NCBI GenBank assembly: GCA_019828565.1
Contig: JAHDYR010000069.1
Span: 124,001 to 188,000, forward strand
Direction of reading: 5' to 3'
From: Carpediemonas membranifera BICM
Lineage: Eukaryota > Protista > Fornicata
DNA length: 64,000 bases
Position 1 is the stretch's first letter. Each line of letters starts with the position of its first letter. Made by a program: the position numbers and the translations under genes. A model generated the notes under the pieces. It made no database searches, had not been told where the DNA came from, and saw only the letters and a program-made list of their open reading frames with translations. Below are positions 42,247-54,029 of the stretch, piece by piece.

Positions 42247-44321
42247 ATGCATGGAATTCTTATCTCCCTTGCATTTCTCGCTGCCACTGTCGCTTGCGCT
42301 CAAGTTATTCCCAAGCGCGCTTCCGACGCCATCCTCGTTGACGATAACACTCTTGTCCTTGGCTCTTCGTATGATAAGGACGTATATCTCTACACCCGCG
42401 GCGCCGACAATCTATAGACGCTTTCCGCTGGCCGCTATCCTGTCGAGAGCACGTTCTTCACCGTCGCCGCTTCAGATGCCTGGATAGCCTTCGTTCGTGC
42501 CCTCCGATCCAGTAACTAACACAGTCCGTCGACTACTATGACTCATATAGCCAACGCACGGGTCGGGTGTACCTCCTGGAGCGACTGACGCCAACGTCCT
42601 TTGGCGCTGAGGTCATCCTCGACCCTCCAGCCCTCCCGGACGAGCTGTACGTCACTGTGGGTTCGTTCGGAAAGGCGCTCAGTATCGAGGGTGATGTGCT
42701 ATGCGTCGGTGCGCCTGGAACGATGACATCCGCTCTCACATCCTATCGGTCGGCATATCTGGTCTACAAATACTGTGAAGGAGACTCTTGGAAGCTTGAT
42801 TTCTACATAGTTCCCACTGCAGGAGCCCAGTACAATGGTGAACCCCACACAATAGTTGTTAACAACGGCGTCATCTACTACCGTTGGTTCAACTACGACA
42901 CTGGTGACCTCGAGGTTCGTCTGGCAGACACTAACGGCACCATTCTCTCTGCAGTGACTCTGCCCGAGTCTGCTGAATTCCCAGCCATTGATGCCAGCGG
43001 GGCTTGGCTTGTCGTGGGCGATTACATGGCAAATACATACTCGGGAGCCGCGTATGTATACAATGTAACTGATCCAGCCAGCCCCGAGCTATTTACGAAT
43101 CTCACCTCGACTTCTGACTCCCAAGATACTTTTGGCAAGACTGTGTCTGTTTCTGGAGACGTCATCGCCATCGGCGCCCCCAATGATCGTTCCCTGCGCC
43201 GTATTCTATTCGCGTACAAGTTCAACTCGAGCTCCGCCGAGTTTGGCCCACCATTCGTGTTGGCGCGCAACTCTTCGATTTTTTCTTATGGCACCAGCGT
43301 CGCCACCACTAATCACACCCTCTTTGTTGGCGCCAAATACCTCCAAAACGCAGGTGTTGTCATGGATTACTCGACCTGCGATGCTGGCTACCGCGTGGGA
43401 AACACCACCGATGAGTGCGAGCAATGCCCCGCAGGCACTTCCTCGACAGAGCTTGACCCTGTCTGCAACTACTGCCAGGCTGGACAGTATCAACCTAATG
43501 CCGGTCAGAGTACATGTATCGCGTGCTCGGGACACAATGTCTGGTCTGGGTCTGGTCCTCAGACGGAATGCCGGAAATTCATCAGTGACAACGTTATTGT
43601 GACCAATCGCAGCAGTATCACCTTTGAAAAAGACCTGCTTCCCAGTCCGGTGAAAAACGCCACGATGGGCGAGTGGCAGTGTAAGATCGTCAGCAACTCA
43701 ACGATGACAATTGCTGTCCCAGTGGTACTGCCCGCCTCATCTCTCGCTGGGGAGTACACGATGAACTTCACGCTCCTGGACTTGTCCTCGAGCTCGACTT
43801 CTGTGAGTGTGTCTGCGAACTTCAGCATACCAGACACGACGGTACTTGTCGACGGCACTGCAGTGGTTTCTGTTGTTACGAGCCCCATTTGTCCCTCGGA
43901 GATGATGCTTCCGAGTTTCGGTGTCAGCGAGCTCAACTGGGTCACGCTCAGCGATGAGGGCGACGTTGAATGCTACGCCAGGGCCACCCTCTCTACCAGT
44001 AAGCTCATACGTTACTTCGCACCCAACCTCAACGTCACCGATTCTGCTGCCTGTGTCTCTCTTACCGGAGCAAAGTTCGCCTCGCTAAACGGGATTGAGG
44101 TCTCGTTCGGCAATCACGAGCAGAACATCGACTTGGGCGATGGGCGGGTCTGCTTCGCTGTGCCCGCGTGGGTTGTGGGCGCATCTAGCTCATATCATAG
44201 GGCCATCGTCTATAGATACGGAGAAGTGATCCTAGATACGATCGTTTTCATTGATTCTGGAGCTTTTACGATGGCTGCGTCTGTCTTACTCGCCCTGCTC
44301 GCCCTATTTGTCTTGCTCTAG
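42247..44321 (+). pseudogene. Surface protein (signal peptide, FG-GAP-like repeats, Cys-rich repeat, C-terminal hydrophobic tail), with an in-frame TAG at 42415 and an intron at 42493-42524
   Basis: FGKALSIEGD, FGKTVSVSGD, CEQCPAGT..CQAGQYQPNAGQSTC. The intron GTTCGT...ACTAACACAG joins the upstream frame to ORF 42567-44321. Confidence 0.7.
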
Positions 44322-44433
44322 TACAAGCGTTGTAAATTGTGGCATGTGTCTGTCTGTCGAAGCAAAGCTGTGCTCAATTCAGCCGACCCTGCTGGAGAAG
44401 CAATAAAAAACAATCTTATAATGGCCGATTTAT

Positions 44434-46764
44434 CTAATAACTTGGCAGCTGGCTCGAGCGAGCCATGGTTAGCGAGGCCTGCACGTGCGTGCCCAGCCTC
44501 TGGACCTTGCCCCAATTCTTCCACAGCGCCAGAGGGACGGTGAGTGCGAGAACAAAGAGCGTGAGCAGGCTCAGCTTCGTCAGCGGAGACAGTGCTGAGA
44601 GAGTGGCAGCTGGGCACAAGTCTTCCACTGCCGCGTCGATTGCTTGCTGCTTTGCACGCTCCTCTTCGATAATCTGCTGACGAACACGGACGGCTTCGCG
44701 GCGACGGAACTCGGAATCCGGGTAGCAGAGGCAGAACTGGCTGCTGGCTCCTTTGTCACGGCATTGCTCGAATCTTGCGGTCGAACTAACCTGATATGAC
44801 CGGCCAAAGTACTTAATCTTGCCGTTTTTGTCGACTCTGACACCCATAGAAAAGGAAGTTTCAAGGTTAGTGTCAAACAGCACGTGATAATTGTACTGAC
44901 CGTCCAACTCCAAAACCTGGACCATTCTGGCGCATTTGCTCGTCCTGACAATCTCCACGCAGTTGGTCGGCTGGTACTTACTTGTGAGATGGGCTCTGGC
45001 GTTCTTATTAGCCTGCTCGATCGACTTGTCAAGGATTTTGAGCACGACCGGATCACACAGCTGGGATTCCGTCGCCGTATAGCTTGATGGAGAGAGGATG
45101 CAGTATTCAATGGGAATGCCCGCCTCCTGGCATGTCCGGGCGAACGGGCGGTCGTCAGCGATGGAGAGGCGCTCAAACAGGGACTGCGGCGACTGCTTGG
45201 TGGACTGCAACTTCATGTTTTTCGTAATCCGCTCGCGGTTCGATTCCTCGGGGAAGTTTTCGAGGAGGTGGCGCATCGTATAGTAGAGATCATATGTCGT
45301 CATCTGGTTGTGGCGGTTCTCTCGCAAGTTGTGCATAGCGTCGGGGTATTTGGACGCCCACCACTTAGGGACGAGGATGATGCAGAACGGCTGCTTGTGT
45401 GCGATGAAACCCACGTCTGTCTGGAACATCTCGCCGTAGTGGTTGCCGTGGTCGCTCATCAGGACCATCATGGTGTCGTTACGCTGCTCCATAAGCATGG
45501 CGACCACGTCGGACACGAGATCAAGCTCCCAGCCGGTGCAGTAGGGGTCAGAGCAGTGAGACTCGGACGTGCCAATCCAGAGGGCGACCTTGTCGTCGCC
45601 GTGGGCTTCGAACAGGTCGCTGGTCCACCGCGTCATGTCCCTCGAGGTTGGGAGACCGCCGCGACACACGCGGGGGGCGTTGAGGCCGTTAATGTGGGCG
45701 GTGAAGTCACACACTTCATCCCGGTAGACGTAGTTGAAGTGGTGGTGGAACTTGTCGGTGTGTCCAGTCAGGCTGCCAGTCACAGACTCGCAAAACTCGT
45801 GCGCGTCGGCCGTGATGAACCCAGCCTCGCGGAAGAGGTCATAGATCAGGAACTTGTCTGAAATCTTCGGTCCGACCGTTGGGTCGTCCCAGAATTTGGG
45901 CGTGTGGAAAGTGGTGGGGGGGAAGTCATCATCCATCACTCGACCGCTCCAGAAGGGAGACATGTTACCTCGCGTGTTCTGGTCGACTACGTTGTAGTTT
46001 CCCATCTCTGTCGCCTGGTATGGACGATCATCTGAGTTCATGTGGGAGTAAAGCTTCTCGCCAAAGTAGTGGAGGAAAGTTCGGGAGACAGCGTCGAGTT
46101 GGAGCACTGCAAAGTGCTTGAGCCCACCGAGAGCCTCGTGTTCGGACTCTTCGGGCGCGGTGGCGGTGTCGGGGGCATGGATACCCTGGAACGTGGCCTT
46201 GACGACCGAGGCCAGAGAAGCTCCCGGCTTGTGGCTCTGCATGGCTTGCGGAATGGACGATGGGACGAACTTATTGCCGTCCTTATCAGTGCATGCGCAT
46301 CTTACGAAGAGGTACCAGCTGCCCGGCCAGTGTTCGGGGTCATAATAGAGCTCTTCGGGGGTAAAGACGCGCTCATTCTCAAGGGGGTGGAATGTTCGTG
46401 TGTCAGGCTCTGTGGAGGCCGGTGTGCGGTGCTCACCTGTCCACTCAATGGTGCATTCGGGCGGGCATACGTTGGGCTCGTTAACCTTGAGGGTCCAGTA
46501 CTCGTAGTCGAAGTCGACGATGTGGAAACGGTCGCAAGCGGGCGGATTTTGAGCGATTGAGTATCCTCTTTCAAGGATTCCCCAGGCGCTGGGGCTCATT
46601 TCAGCGCCGGTTCTGCCGTAGTGGATGAGCTGCTCGCTGACGTTCAGCGAACCGATATAGTGCTCGTCAATACAGTCATAATCAGTGCGTGCTGCATATA
46701 TGAAACCCAACAACAGCAGGAGTGCAATACGCACCATGCAACGCTGAAGAATAGCCCCAAACAT
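44434..46764 (-). CDS. DUF229/alkaline phosphatase-sulfatase superfamily membrane-anchored protein
   Basis: Signal peptide, VLQLDAVSR, YNVVDQNTRGN, MVLMSDHG, TTYDLYYTM, RTCQEAGIPIEYC, and a C-terminal transmembrane segment. Confidence 0.78.
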   Translation of the reverse strand: MFGAILQRCMVRIALLLLLGFIYAARTDYDCIDEHYIGSLNVSEQLIHYGRTGAEMSPSAWGILERGYSIAQNPPACDRFHIVDFDYEYWTLKVNEPNVCPPECTIEWTGEHRTPASTEPDTRTFHPLENERVFTPEELYYDPEHWPGSWYLFVRCACTDKDGNKFVPSSIPQAMQSHKPGASLASVVKATFQGIHAPDTATAPEESEHEALGGLKHFAVLQLDAVSRTFLHYFGEKLYSHMNSDDRPYQATEMGNYNVVDQNTRGNMSPFWSGRVMDDDFPPTTFHTPKFWDDPTVGPKISDKFLIYDLFREAGFITADAHEFCESVTGSLTGHTDKFHHHFNYVYRDEVCDFTAHINGLNAPRVCRGGLPTSRDMTRWTSDLFEAHGDDKVALWIGTSESHCSDPYCTGWELDLVSDVVAMLMEQRNDTMMVLMSDHGNHYGEMFQTDVGFIAHKQPFCIILVPKWWASKYPDAMHNLRENRHNQMTTYDLYYTMRHLLENFPEESNRERITKNMKLQSTKQSPQSLFERLSIADDRPFARTCQEAGIPIEYCILSPSSYTATESQLCDPVVLKILDKSIEQANKNARAHLTSKYQPTNCVEIVRTSKCARMVQVLELDGQYNYHVLFDTNLETSFSMGVRVDKNGKIKYFGRSYQVSSTARFEQCRDKGASSQFCLCYPDSEFRRREAVRVRQQIIEEERAKQQAIDAAVEDLCPAATLSALSPLTKLSLLTLFVLALTVPLALWKNWGKVQRLGTHVQASLTMARSSQLPSY

Positions 46765-47024
46765 GACCAATGGTAAATAACGTAAATCCGATCAGTTTTG
46801 AGCAGCTTAGGTTAGGTTTCTGTGGATAACAGTCATCGGCGATTCGCGGCGTCTGGCCTGGTTGCTCATTGGCTGCACAGGCTGGCCTGACCAGCGCGAG
46901 GAATCACTTATCAAAGGGTTGGAAGGCGACTATGAATCATCTCGGGCTGTATTTGAGCCATATGCGAGGCAGTGGCTCTCAGTTCATCATTTATGTTCAT
47001 CGTAAATGTTGAGAAATTTGCCCG

Positions 47025-47735
47025 ATGAGCTCCTCTGAGGACGAATACGACACCGAAGGCTATGACGATAGCGAAGAAGAAGAAGAAGACACTGAGGAAG
47101 ATGATTCTGAAGATGAAAGCTCCGACAACGAAGAGGGTTCTGAATCAGCAGGTGAGGATGAAAAGAAGCCATCCAAGCCGCGTATACAGTTTGAGGGTTT
47201 CCCAGGCGCAATTCAGCTCCCCGTTGGCCCTAATTGCCGTGTTTCAATCCGCCCCACGGCTGATGACTCCGGTTTCTCCATTGTTGTTAGCGCCGGTGTC
47301 CACAGCGAACACACCATGTCCTTGACCATCGCTAACAACGTCTGCATCATCGGCCAGACTGTCTCAGCAACACCAGCGGCAGCCCAGCCTCCCCAAGTGA
47401 CCCAACAAGCCCCGATTCCCCAACATCAACAGATGGGAACCACGGAGCCGGGTTCGCTCAACAACACAGCAGCACAGGGCCAGCACAGCACCATGGGCAC
47501 CACCATGCCCCAGTCCCTGGGCCCTGGAACGGGGCACGGCCTGTCACCCGAGATGAAGCAGGTCGTCCCGCCAGACATCAGGCCCGCTACGAATCAGATC
47601 TCTAGACCTGAGATGCCGTCGAATATCCGAGAGTTGTACAAGTACTCCGCGAGTCGGCAGCCCGCGATGTCTCTTCGCACGGTTGACGTCTCCCGCCCAC
47701 TCAGCGAGCAGATGGCCGATATAGTGTTCCAGTGA
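47025..47735 (+). CDS. Hypothetical protein with an acidic N-terminus
   Basis: 236-aa ATG-initiated ORF. Confidence 0.6.
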   Translation: MSSSEDEYDTEGYDDSEEEEEDTEEDDSEDESSDNEEGSESAGEDEKKPSKPRIQFEGFPGAIQLPVGPNCRVSIRPTADDSGFSIVVSAGVHSEHTMSLTIANNVCIIGQTVSATPAAAQPPQVTQQAPIPQHQQMGTTEPGSLNNTAAQGQHSTMGTTMPQSLGPGTGHGLSPEMKQVVPPDIRPATNQISRPEMPSNIRELYKYSASRQPAMSLRTVDVSRPLSEQMADIVFQ

Positions 47736-48016
47736 GGGCTGAGAGCTTAGTGTATCACTGTAGAATAGGCTAATAAAGTGCGCGAGACGTGTCTGGCAGG
47801 CGAGGTTGGGGTGGGTGGCGCAAGACCTCGTGTCGTGGGCCTGGGTGTGCTGTAGTATTGGTGGGCGGGTGCCGCACATGTGCGCAGCAGGTTGACCGTG
47901 GTCTCTCTCTAGAGTGAGCAAAACCCGAGGCCTCCCTCCAGTCATTATTGCTGAGAGATACCGGTGATTTAACTGATTCCCTGCGCGGGACTTGTGTGGT
48001 TGAGAAGGGAGTGACC

Positions 48017-48679
48017 TCAGATAAGCCAGGCAATGACGAGTAAGATACCACCTCCAATGATGAAGCCGGCGAGCAGGACAAATATGAGAGACAGCCTCCG
48101 TTGCTTGACTTCCAGGAACCTAAGCGTCCGCGTTTCGATTAGTATGCAGCTGGCGCCCACGAAAATAAACATTATACCCAGGGCAAATGAAAAGAAAAGA
48201 GGGAAGAACTGCCTGCCAAGGAAGTAACGGGACGCTGCATAGGCTATGAACGAGCCAACTATCACGCATGCGAGGAGAGCGCTCGCTACAACACTGACGA
48301 TGCGGTTGCTCTTGTTCAGTCGGCGGTACCGGACTTGCCTAGCCACAGAAGGGTTATGGATCTCAACAGAGATGCTGGAGGTGGCCCCTACGTTGGTAAA
48401 CTGTGGCGGATTGCAGGTGCTAGGCTCAGGTTGGTAGGATGGTTCCGGGAATGGGGGGATGAGGCGATCGCTGTCAGAACTCAGCGGGGCGGTGTAGGAA
48501 GGAGCTTGTTGCTGCTGTGACTGCTCATATTGGGAGTATCCAGTGGCTATATCGTCGTACTGGAAGCCGTAAGGGCTAGGATCAGGCGGGGGCGGTGCTG
48601 CAGCCGTAGCGCCGTAGGGATTCGAATACTGATTGGATGATCCCATTGCATTGCCGTAATACTGAGCATACGGGTCCAT
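48017..48679 (-). CDS. Hypothetical membrane protein (Pro/Tyr-rich N-terminus, 3 transmembrane segments)
   Basis: Three C-terminal hydrophobic segments. Confidence 0.65.
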   Translation of the reverse strand: MDPYAQYYGNAMGSSNQYSNPYGATAAAPPPPDPSPYGFQYDDIATGYSQYEQSQQQQAPSYTAPLSSDSDRLIPPFPEPSYQPEPSTCNPPQFTNVGATSSISVEIHNPSVARQVRYRRLNKSNRIVSVVASALLACVIVGSFIAYAASRYFLGRQFFPLFFSFALGIMFIFVGASCILIETRTLRFLEVKQRRLSLIFVLLAGFIIGGGILLVIAWLI

Positions 48680-48951
48680 TAGCAGTGACTTATCGTTGTG
48701 ACTGAAAAATGTTTTTTTAAAAAAACTGTCGAATCTCGATCTCGAGATCTGCGGGCAGACGCCATCATCGGACAGCAGGTCTGGTGACTTGTAGCCTGGT
48801 AGCAAGCCTACTCACGCCGCTTTGGTCCGTTGTTGGGTTGGCTTCTCATCTCCCAAATGGGACACAATCACCCAAATACTTTGCCACGAAACAGAGCATA
48901 TAACTTAGTTTATACCGCACGACGGCATGACAGACCACCCTGCCCACCTCA

Positions 48952-50533
48952 CTATAACACGAGAGTAAGCGGGATAGTCAGCAGCAATGGAACAGCCCCC
49001 AGGATGTACGGCGTCCGATACGACCCAGTCAGCCCCACGGCCATGGTCCCACTCACCGTCATCAGCATCTGGGGCAGCGTCTCGGCCGAGAAGACCAGGG
49101 TGTTCACGAGGCCGACGTCGCTGATGTGGGTGTAGTGGGCCGCCCGGCTGAAAACGAAGTTGGTCGACCCGCCAAAGCCGAGGCCAATTAGGACCTGAGC
49201 GAAGGCAAACGTGAGGAGTCCCGGGGCGAACGCACACATGATTAAGCCCACAAGGAGAATAACGTTGAACATCGCGCCAAACAGGACAGTTCTGAAGCGA
49301 CCCAGAACCCTTGCTAGTAGCGCATCCAGTGCAAGCCAAATGAACGCGGAGAGCATCACTCCCAGTGAGATGATCGAGTCTGAAGTACCCGCTAAGCTCG
49401 CGCCTTCTTCGTATTTCTTAAACTGCACACTGTTGGGGTGGGCATGGGGGTCTCCGTGATAAATGTCGACTCCGAGAAACTCTGGATTAAAGACCCACGC
49501 CGTCCAGCCTGAGTAGAAAGCAGCCATGCACCATAGTAGAACGAGACCGACGCGGACCCACGATGTCTTCTTTCTTCCTTCTTCTTTCACAGAGATGGCG
49601 TCTGGGTCGACTTCGGCGGGCGAATCAGGTTCTTGAGCGACGGAGAGAAGGGGAATATCCTTGATGGTGGGCTGCTCAACGTTGTCTTTTCTTGCACAAG
49701 CACGGGCCTCCGCTTTCGAGAAAAAGACGGGAATGGCCGTGATAAAAAAGATGACCACTCCGATCGGATAGTACAAGTTCATCGTGTGTCCCACTGGTAG
49801 CCACTTGTTCAGAGGAATAGACGTGGCTTGGAAGCCGAATATCATCGCGAAGCCAAGTATTGCGGTTGTGAGCACATGGTTGATTGATTCAAGGCGGGGG
49901 TCGGCCACGGTCCCGACCAGGGCTCGAATGAATGACTCAATAACTGGGTAAGTTGGGTTGGATGTGCAAACACTTGTTGAGAATGTCGAGAAGTGTGTTC
50001 AAGAAAAGCTGGGAGGCAATGATGAATCGGCTTGGGAGGCTGGGGAAGATGGTGCCAGAGGTGAGTGGGACACAGAGCGCACAAGCGCCGCAAAGAAGGA
50101 TAGAGACGGTCAGAATCAGTCTACGAGATCCGTAGCGATAGCGGATGACCTTGGGAAACCGATCAGACAGGGCGCCCGCTATTGGGATAATGATGACCGA
50201 GATGATGGGTGAGAGTTGGAAGGGGAGCGTGCTGAGCTCTCCGGACGCCCCGTGCTCGAGTAGGGTGCTGGAGGCCCATGAGTAGACGCCTGCCCACTCG
50301 ATTTCCATGCCCGCGATGGAAACCATGAGGAGGAGGCTAATCACGAGGTTCTTGCCAAGGGGAGAGGAGAAAAAGGCGGCAATGTGGTGGGGGAGTTGTG
50401 GGATGTTCGCAAAAGTGCGAGAAACCGACAGTGTTTCCGTAGTTCTGATGGAATTACCGTCGCTGAGGATGGACTCGGTGGTTAGCTCGGAAGAATCACT
50501 GGAATCTTCCTCAATGTCAGCATAAGAATTCAT
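48952..50533 (-). CDS. MFS sugar transporter (SUT/SLC45-like), with an intron at 49944-49971
   Basis: GMEIEWA, PIAGALSDR...YGSRR and multiple transmembrane segments. A 28-nt GT-AG intron joins the two ORFs (LNKFIESFIRAL). Confidence 0.8.
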
Positions 50534-50835
50534 GGTGTTGTTGTTGTTGCTCAAAGGACGACGAGATGCCTTACAGCCTTCGTTCGTTCAGTTTGACTTT
50601 GCCGACTCGATCATCTCGATCTTGTACGATATTTTGAATGAATCGTCATGACCACTCACCCGACCCGACTACAAGGCCCATGAAAACTTCCCTTTAACCA
50701 ACAAAACTTAGTCGAGTCACCTGTTTAAATAATGCCAAAATTGGAACGGCAGCAAGACAAAAGCAGACCGACAAATCAAACGAAATCACAAAACATTTCA
50801 CTTACATGTTTACTTCACGCCATTCAAACCACCAC

Positions 50836-52245
50836 TCAAGCCTTCCAATGGGTATGGAAGACGCCCTCCTTGTCGACACGCCTATACGTATGGGCGCCAA
50901 AGTCGTCACGCAGGGCCTGCACGATGTTCTGGGGCAGGCGGGTGGCGACCATCTGCTCCATGTAGCCGAGCGTGCTCATGATGCAGAGGGCGGGGGTCCC
51001 GGTAACTGCGGCGTCGGCTACGAGCTGCCTCAGACCAGTGACGCCGCTCTGGGTGATGAGACTGACCAGCGACTTGCCTGTCCAGTCGCCAGTGGCCTTG
51101 AATGTCTCTGTGATTGGGCCGAGCAGGGCCGACTGAATGATGCACCCGCCCCGCCAGATGCGGGCGACCTCGGGCAGGTCGACCGTAAAGCCGAGTGACT
51201 TGCCGGCAAGGATGATCTCGAAACCCTGGATGTAGCTCAGAATAACCATAGTCTGGTAGGCCGCCTTTGTGCTCTCGATGAGCTGCTTGAGGTCGACCTT
51301 CTTCGTCTGCTTGGGAGCCACCGGTCTGATTGTCTCGCCCTTCTTGCGGAGAGCAAGGTCTCCGGATTGTGACCGGGCAGCAACGGCGGCCATGATGGAG
51401 GGCGCGGCGACACCCAGCTGGAGAGCGGTCTCGGCGGTCCACCGGCCGGTGCCCTTCTGCTCGGACTGGTCGATGATGAAGTCAATGAGGGGAGCCTCGC
51501 CCTCATAGACCTCGAGGACGTCCCCGGTGATATCAAGGAGGAATGATGAGAGGGCGGGGTCGTCCCGGAGGGCGTGGAACACGGCGGTGAGGTCGGCGTG
51601 GGTCAGCCCGTAGGTCGACTTGAGTATGTCGTACAGCTCGGCGATGATCTGCATGATGGCGTACTCGATGCCGTTGTGCACCATCTTCACGAAGTGGCCA
51701 GAGGCGGAGGGGCCGGTCAGGGCGACGCACTTGCCGCCGAGCTTGTCGTCGGCCGCCATTGGCTCGAACACGGCCTTCACCAGGTGCCACACCTTGTCAC
51801 TACCGCCAGGCATCATCGAGGGCCCATGGAGCGCGCCCTCTTCGCCGCCACTGACGCCCATGCCCATAAAGTGCAGCCCGGCCGCCTGGTAATCCTCGAA
51901 ACGGCGGACGGTGTCGGGGTAGTAGGTGTTGCCGCCGTCCACGACAACGTCGCCGGGGGTAAGGAGGGGCTTGAGGCCGTTGAGGACGGCGTCGACGGGA
52001 TTGCCCGCCTTGACCATTACGAGGACGACGCGGGGCGCTGGAAGAGCCTCGACGAGTTCGTTAAGAGTCTTAGTAGCAACGAATTCACCGTCAGCGCCGT
52101 GATCGGCCATGAACTTCTCTGTTACAGCGGTAGTTCGGTTGTAGACGACGACATGGTGGCCACGAGAGGCCGCGTTGCGAGCAAGATTGCTGCCCATAAC
52201 GCTAAGGCCGATAACACCAAGAGATACGTTGGATTTCGAAGACAT
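50836..52245 (-). CDS. gnd: 6-phosphogluconate dehydrogenase (decarboxylating)
   Basis: GVIGLSVMGSNLA, VVYNRT, DGGN, GMGVSGGEEGA, GHFVKMVHNGIEY, QKGTGRWT, RDDFGAHTY. Confidence 0.97.
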   Translation of the reverse strand: MSSKSNVSLGVIGLSVMGSNLARNAASRGHHVVVYNRTTAVTEKFMADHGADGEFVATKTLNELVEALPAPRVVLVMVKAGNPVDAVLNGLKPLLTPGDVVVDGGNTYYPDTVRRFEDYQAAGLHFMGMGVSGGEEGALHGPSMMPGGSDKVWHLVKAVFEPMAADDKLGGKCVALTGPSASGHFVKMVHNGIEYAIMQIIAELYDILKSTYGLTHADLTAVFHALRDDPALSSFLLDITGDVLEVYEGEAPLIDFIIDQSEQKGTGRWTAETALQLGVAAPSIMAAVAARSQSGDLALRKKGETIRPVAPKQTKKVDLKQLIESTKAAYQTMVILSYIQGFEIILAGKSLGFTVDLPEVARIWRGGCIIQSALLGPITETFKATGDWTGKSLVSLITQSGVTGLRQLVADAAVTGTPALCIMSTLGYMEQMVATRLPQNIVQALRDDFGAHTYRRVDKEGVFHTHWKA

Positions 52246-52502
52246 GTGCTGTTTTCAATTCTGGTTGTCAGATGTTGTAGGCTCACGGCAGGAATTACGA
52301 TATTTCATGTTAATATTGATTTACTGTCAATGCAGGGCTATCTGGCCTGTCAGAAAGTGATGACCTACCCAGCTGGCCATGTGCCATATGCATGTGGCTG
52401 GCGAGTCGCGAGATCGGATCAGATTTTGTCAAAATCAACCACCCAAGGCAGCTTGTCAAGGGCAGCGAGCATTGATCTGGCAATATGCAAGGAAACAACA
52501 AT

Positions 52503-53914
52503 ATGTTCACATCCATCGTAGTAGTCGGAGCCTCTGGTATGTTTTAACGCTTTCCTCCCCTCACACAGGCGATTTGGCGAAGAAGAAGGTCATTCCTGCT
52601 CTCTTCAGTCTCTTTCACGACAGACACATCGCAAAAGAGAACTCAACAGTCGTAGGCTATGCCAGAAGCAAGATGACAGACGACGACCTCCGCGGCCGCA
52701 TCGCCGAGAACCTCGTCTGCCGCCTCAAGCAAGAAGACCAGCGGTCCTGTGGCGATATCCAGACAGAGTTCCTCAACAACCTCCACTACGTCTCCGGTAG
52801 CTACGACAGCGCCGAAGACATCGCCGCCCTCGACTCGAAGTTGAAAGAACTGGAGTCGGGCCACGAGAAGGTCAGGCGCTTGTTCTACCTGGCCATACCG
52901 CCCTCGGTGTTCACAGACGTTGCACACCTGGTGCACCTCCATGCTAGGGCGAAGCAGACCGTGCTTGTTGTGGAAAAACCGTTCGGTCACGACCTCGCAT
53001 CTTTTGAAGAGCTCAACCGCACGCTGCAGGAAGACTGGAAGGAGAGTGAGATCTACCGCATCGACCACTATCTCGGCAAAGAAGTCATCCAAAACTTGAT
53101 CGTGCTCCGCTTCGCCAACATTCTCTTCAACAACACATGGAACAGGGACTTCATCAAGAAGGTCGAGATCTCATTCAATGAGACCATCGATGTCAAGGGG
53201 CGGGGTGGGTACTTCGATTCTTACGGTATCGTCCGGGACGTGATACAGAACCACCTGATCCAAATTCTCGGCCTGGTCGCAATGGAACGGCCGTTGAGCA
53301 TGGAGAGCGGAGACATCGTGGCCGAGAAGAACAAAGTGCTCCGCAGCACTACCATAGATCCATCCTCCGTTGTGGTGGCCCAGTACGAGGGCTACACCGC
53401 CGACCCCACAGTCGAGCCAGACTCGAAGACTCCTACGTTCAGTCGGATGACTGCGAGGATCAACAACGAGAGGTGGGCGGGAGTCCCGTTCACTCTCACT
53501 GCTGGCAAGGCACTCGATCGGACCCAGACCTCGATCACGATCCACTATCGCTCCATCCCCGGCGAGCCTCTCTTCAACACGCCCTGCGGTAACACGTGTA
53601 ACAGGTTGTCGATCATCATCCAGCCGGACGAGCGGATTGAGTTGCGAACGATGAACAAGGTGCCCGGTATGGGTTTCGACGCCCGCTGCAGCGACCTCAA
53701 CATGCTCTATAGGGACACGTACAAGGGTGTTCACATCCCTGAGGCGTACGAGAGGCTGATTCTGGACGTCATTGAGGGGGACCAGAGGTTCTTCGTCCAA
53801 AGTGGCGAGGCGCGGTTGTCGTGGGTGCTGTTTGAACAGACACTGAAGGAAATTGACGACGGTCGGTTTGAGGTCAAGACTTATCCGTTTGGGGCCAAAG
53901 AAGGTGAGATCTAA
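52503..53914 (+). CDS. zwf: Glucose-6-phosphate dehydrogenase, with an intron at 52537-52568
   Basis: Splicing the 32-nt GTATGT...CACACAG intron restores GASGDLAKKK. Also EKPFG, YRIDHYLGKE and RDVIQNHL. Confidence 0.96.
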
Positions 53915-54029
53915 GTGTAAATAACGTGTGCGTCTTGTCATGGGTTGGGAGAGTTTGAGGACGTCAAGTCTGACAATGAGAATGATGAAGGCTGGCAAGT
54001 AGGAGTAGGATATGGTATGAACGAAGCAG

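Noticed and set aside
6829-42417. TAG codon reassignment (Trp, or Gln as in hexamitids)
   Set aside because: Several well-defined genes end in TAG or TAA at sensible positions (e.g. 35126, 41923, 53914), and conserved genes contain no internal TAR codons.
52379-52502. N-terminal extension of G6PD in the ORF track
   Set aside because: It is explained by exon 1 starting at 52503 and a 32-nt intron.
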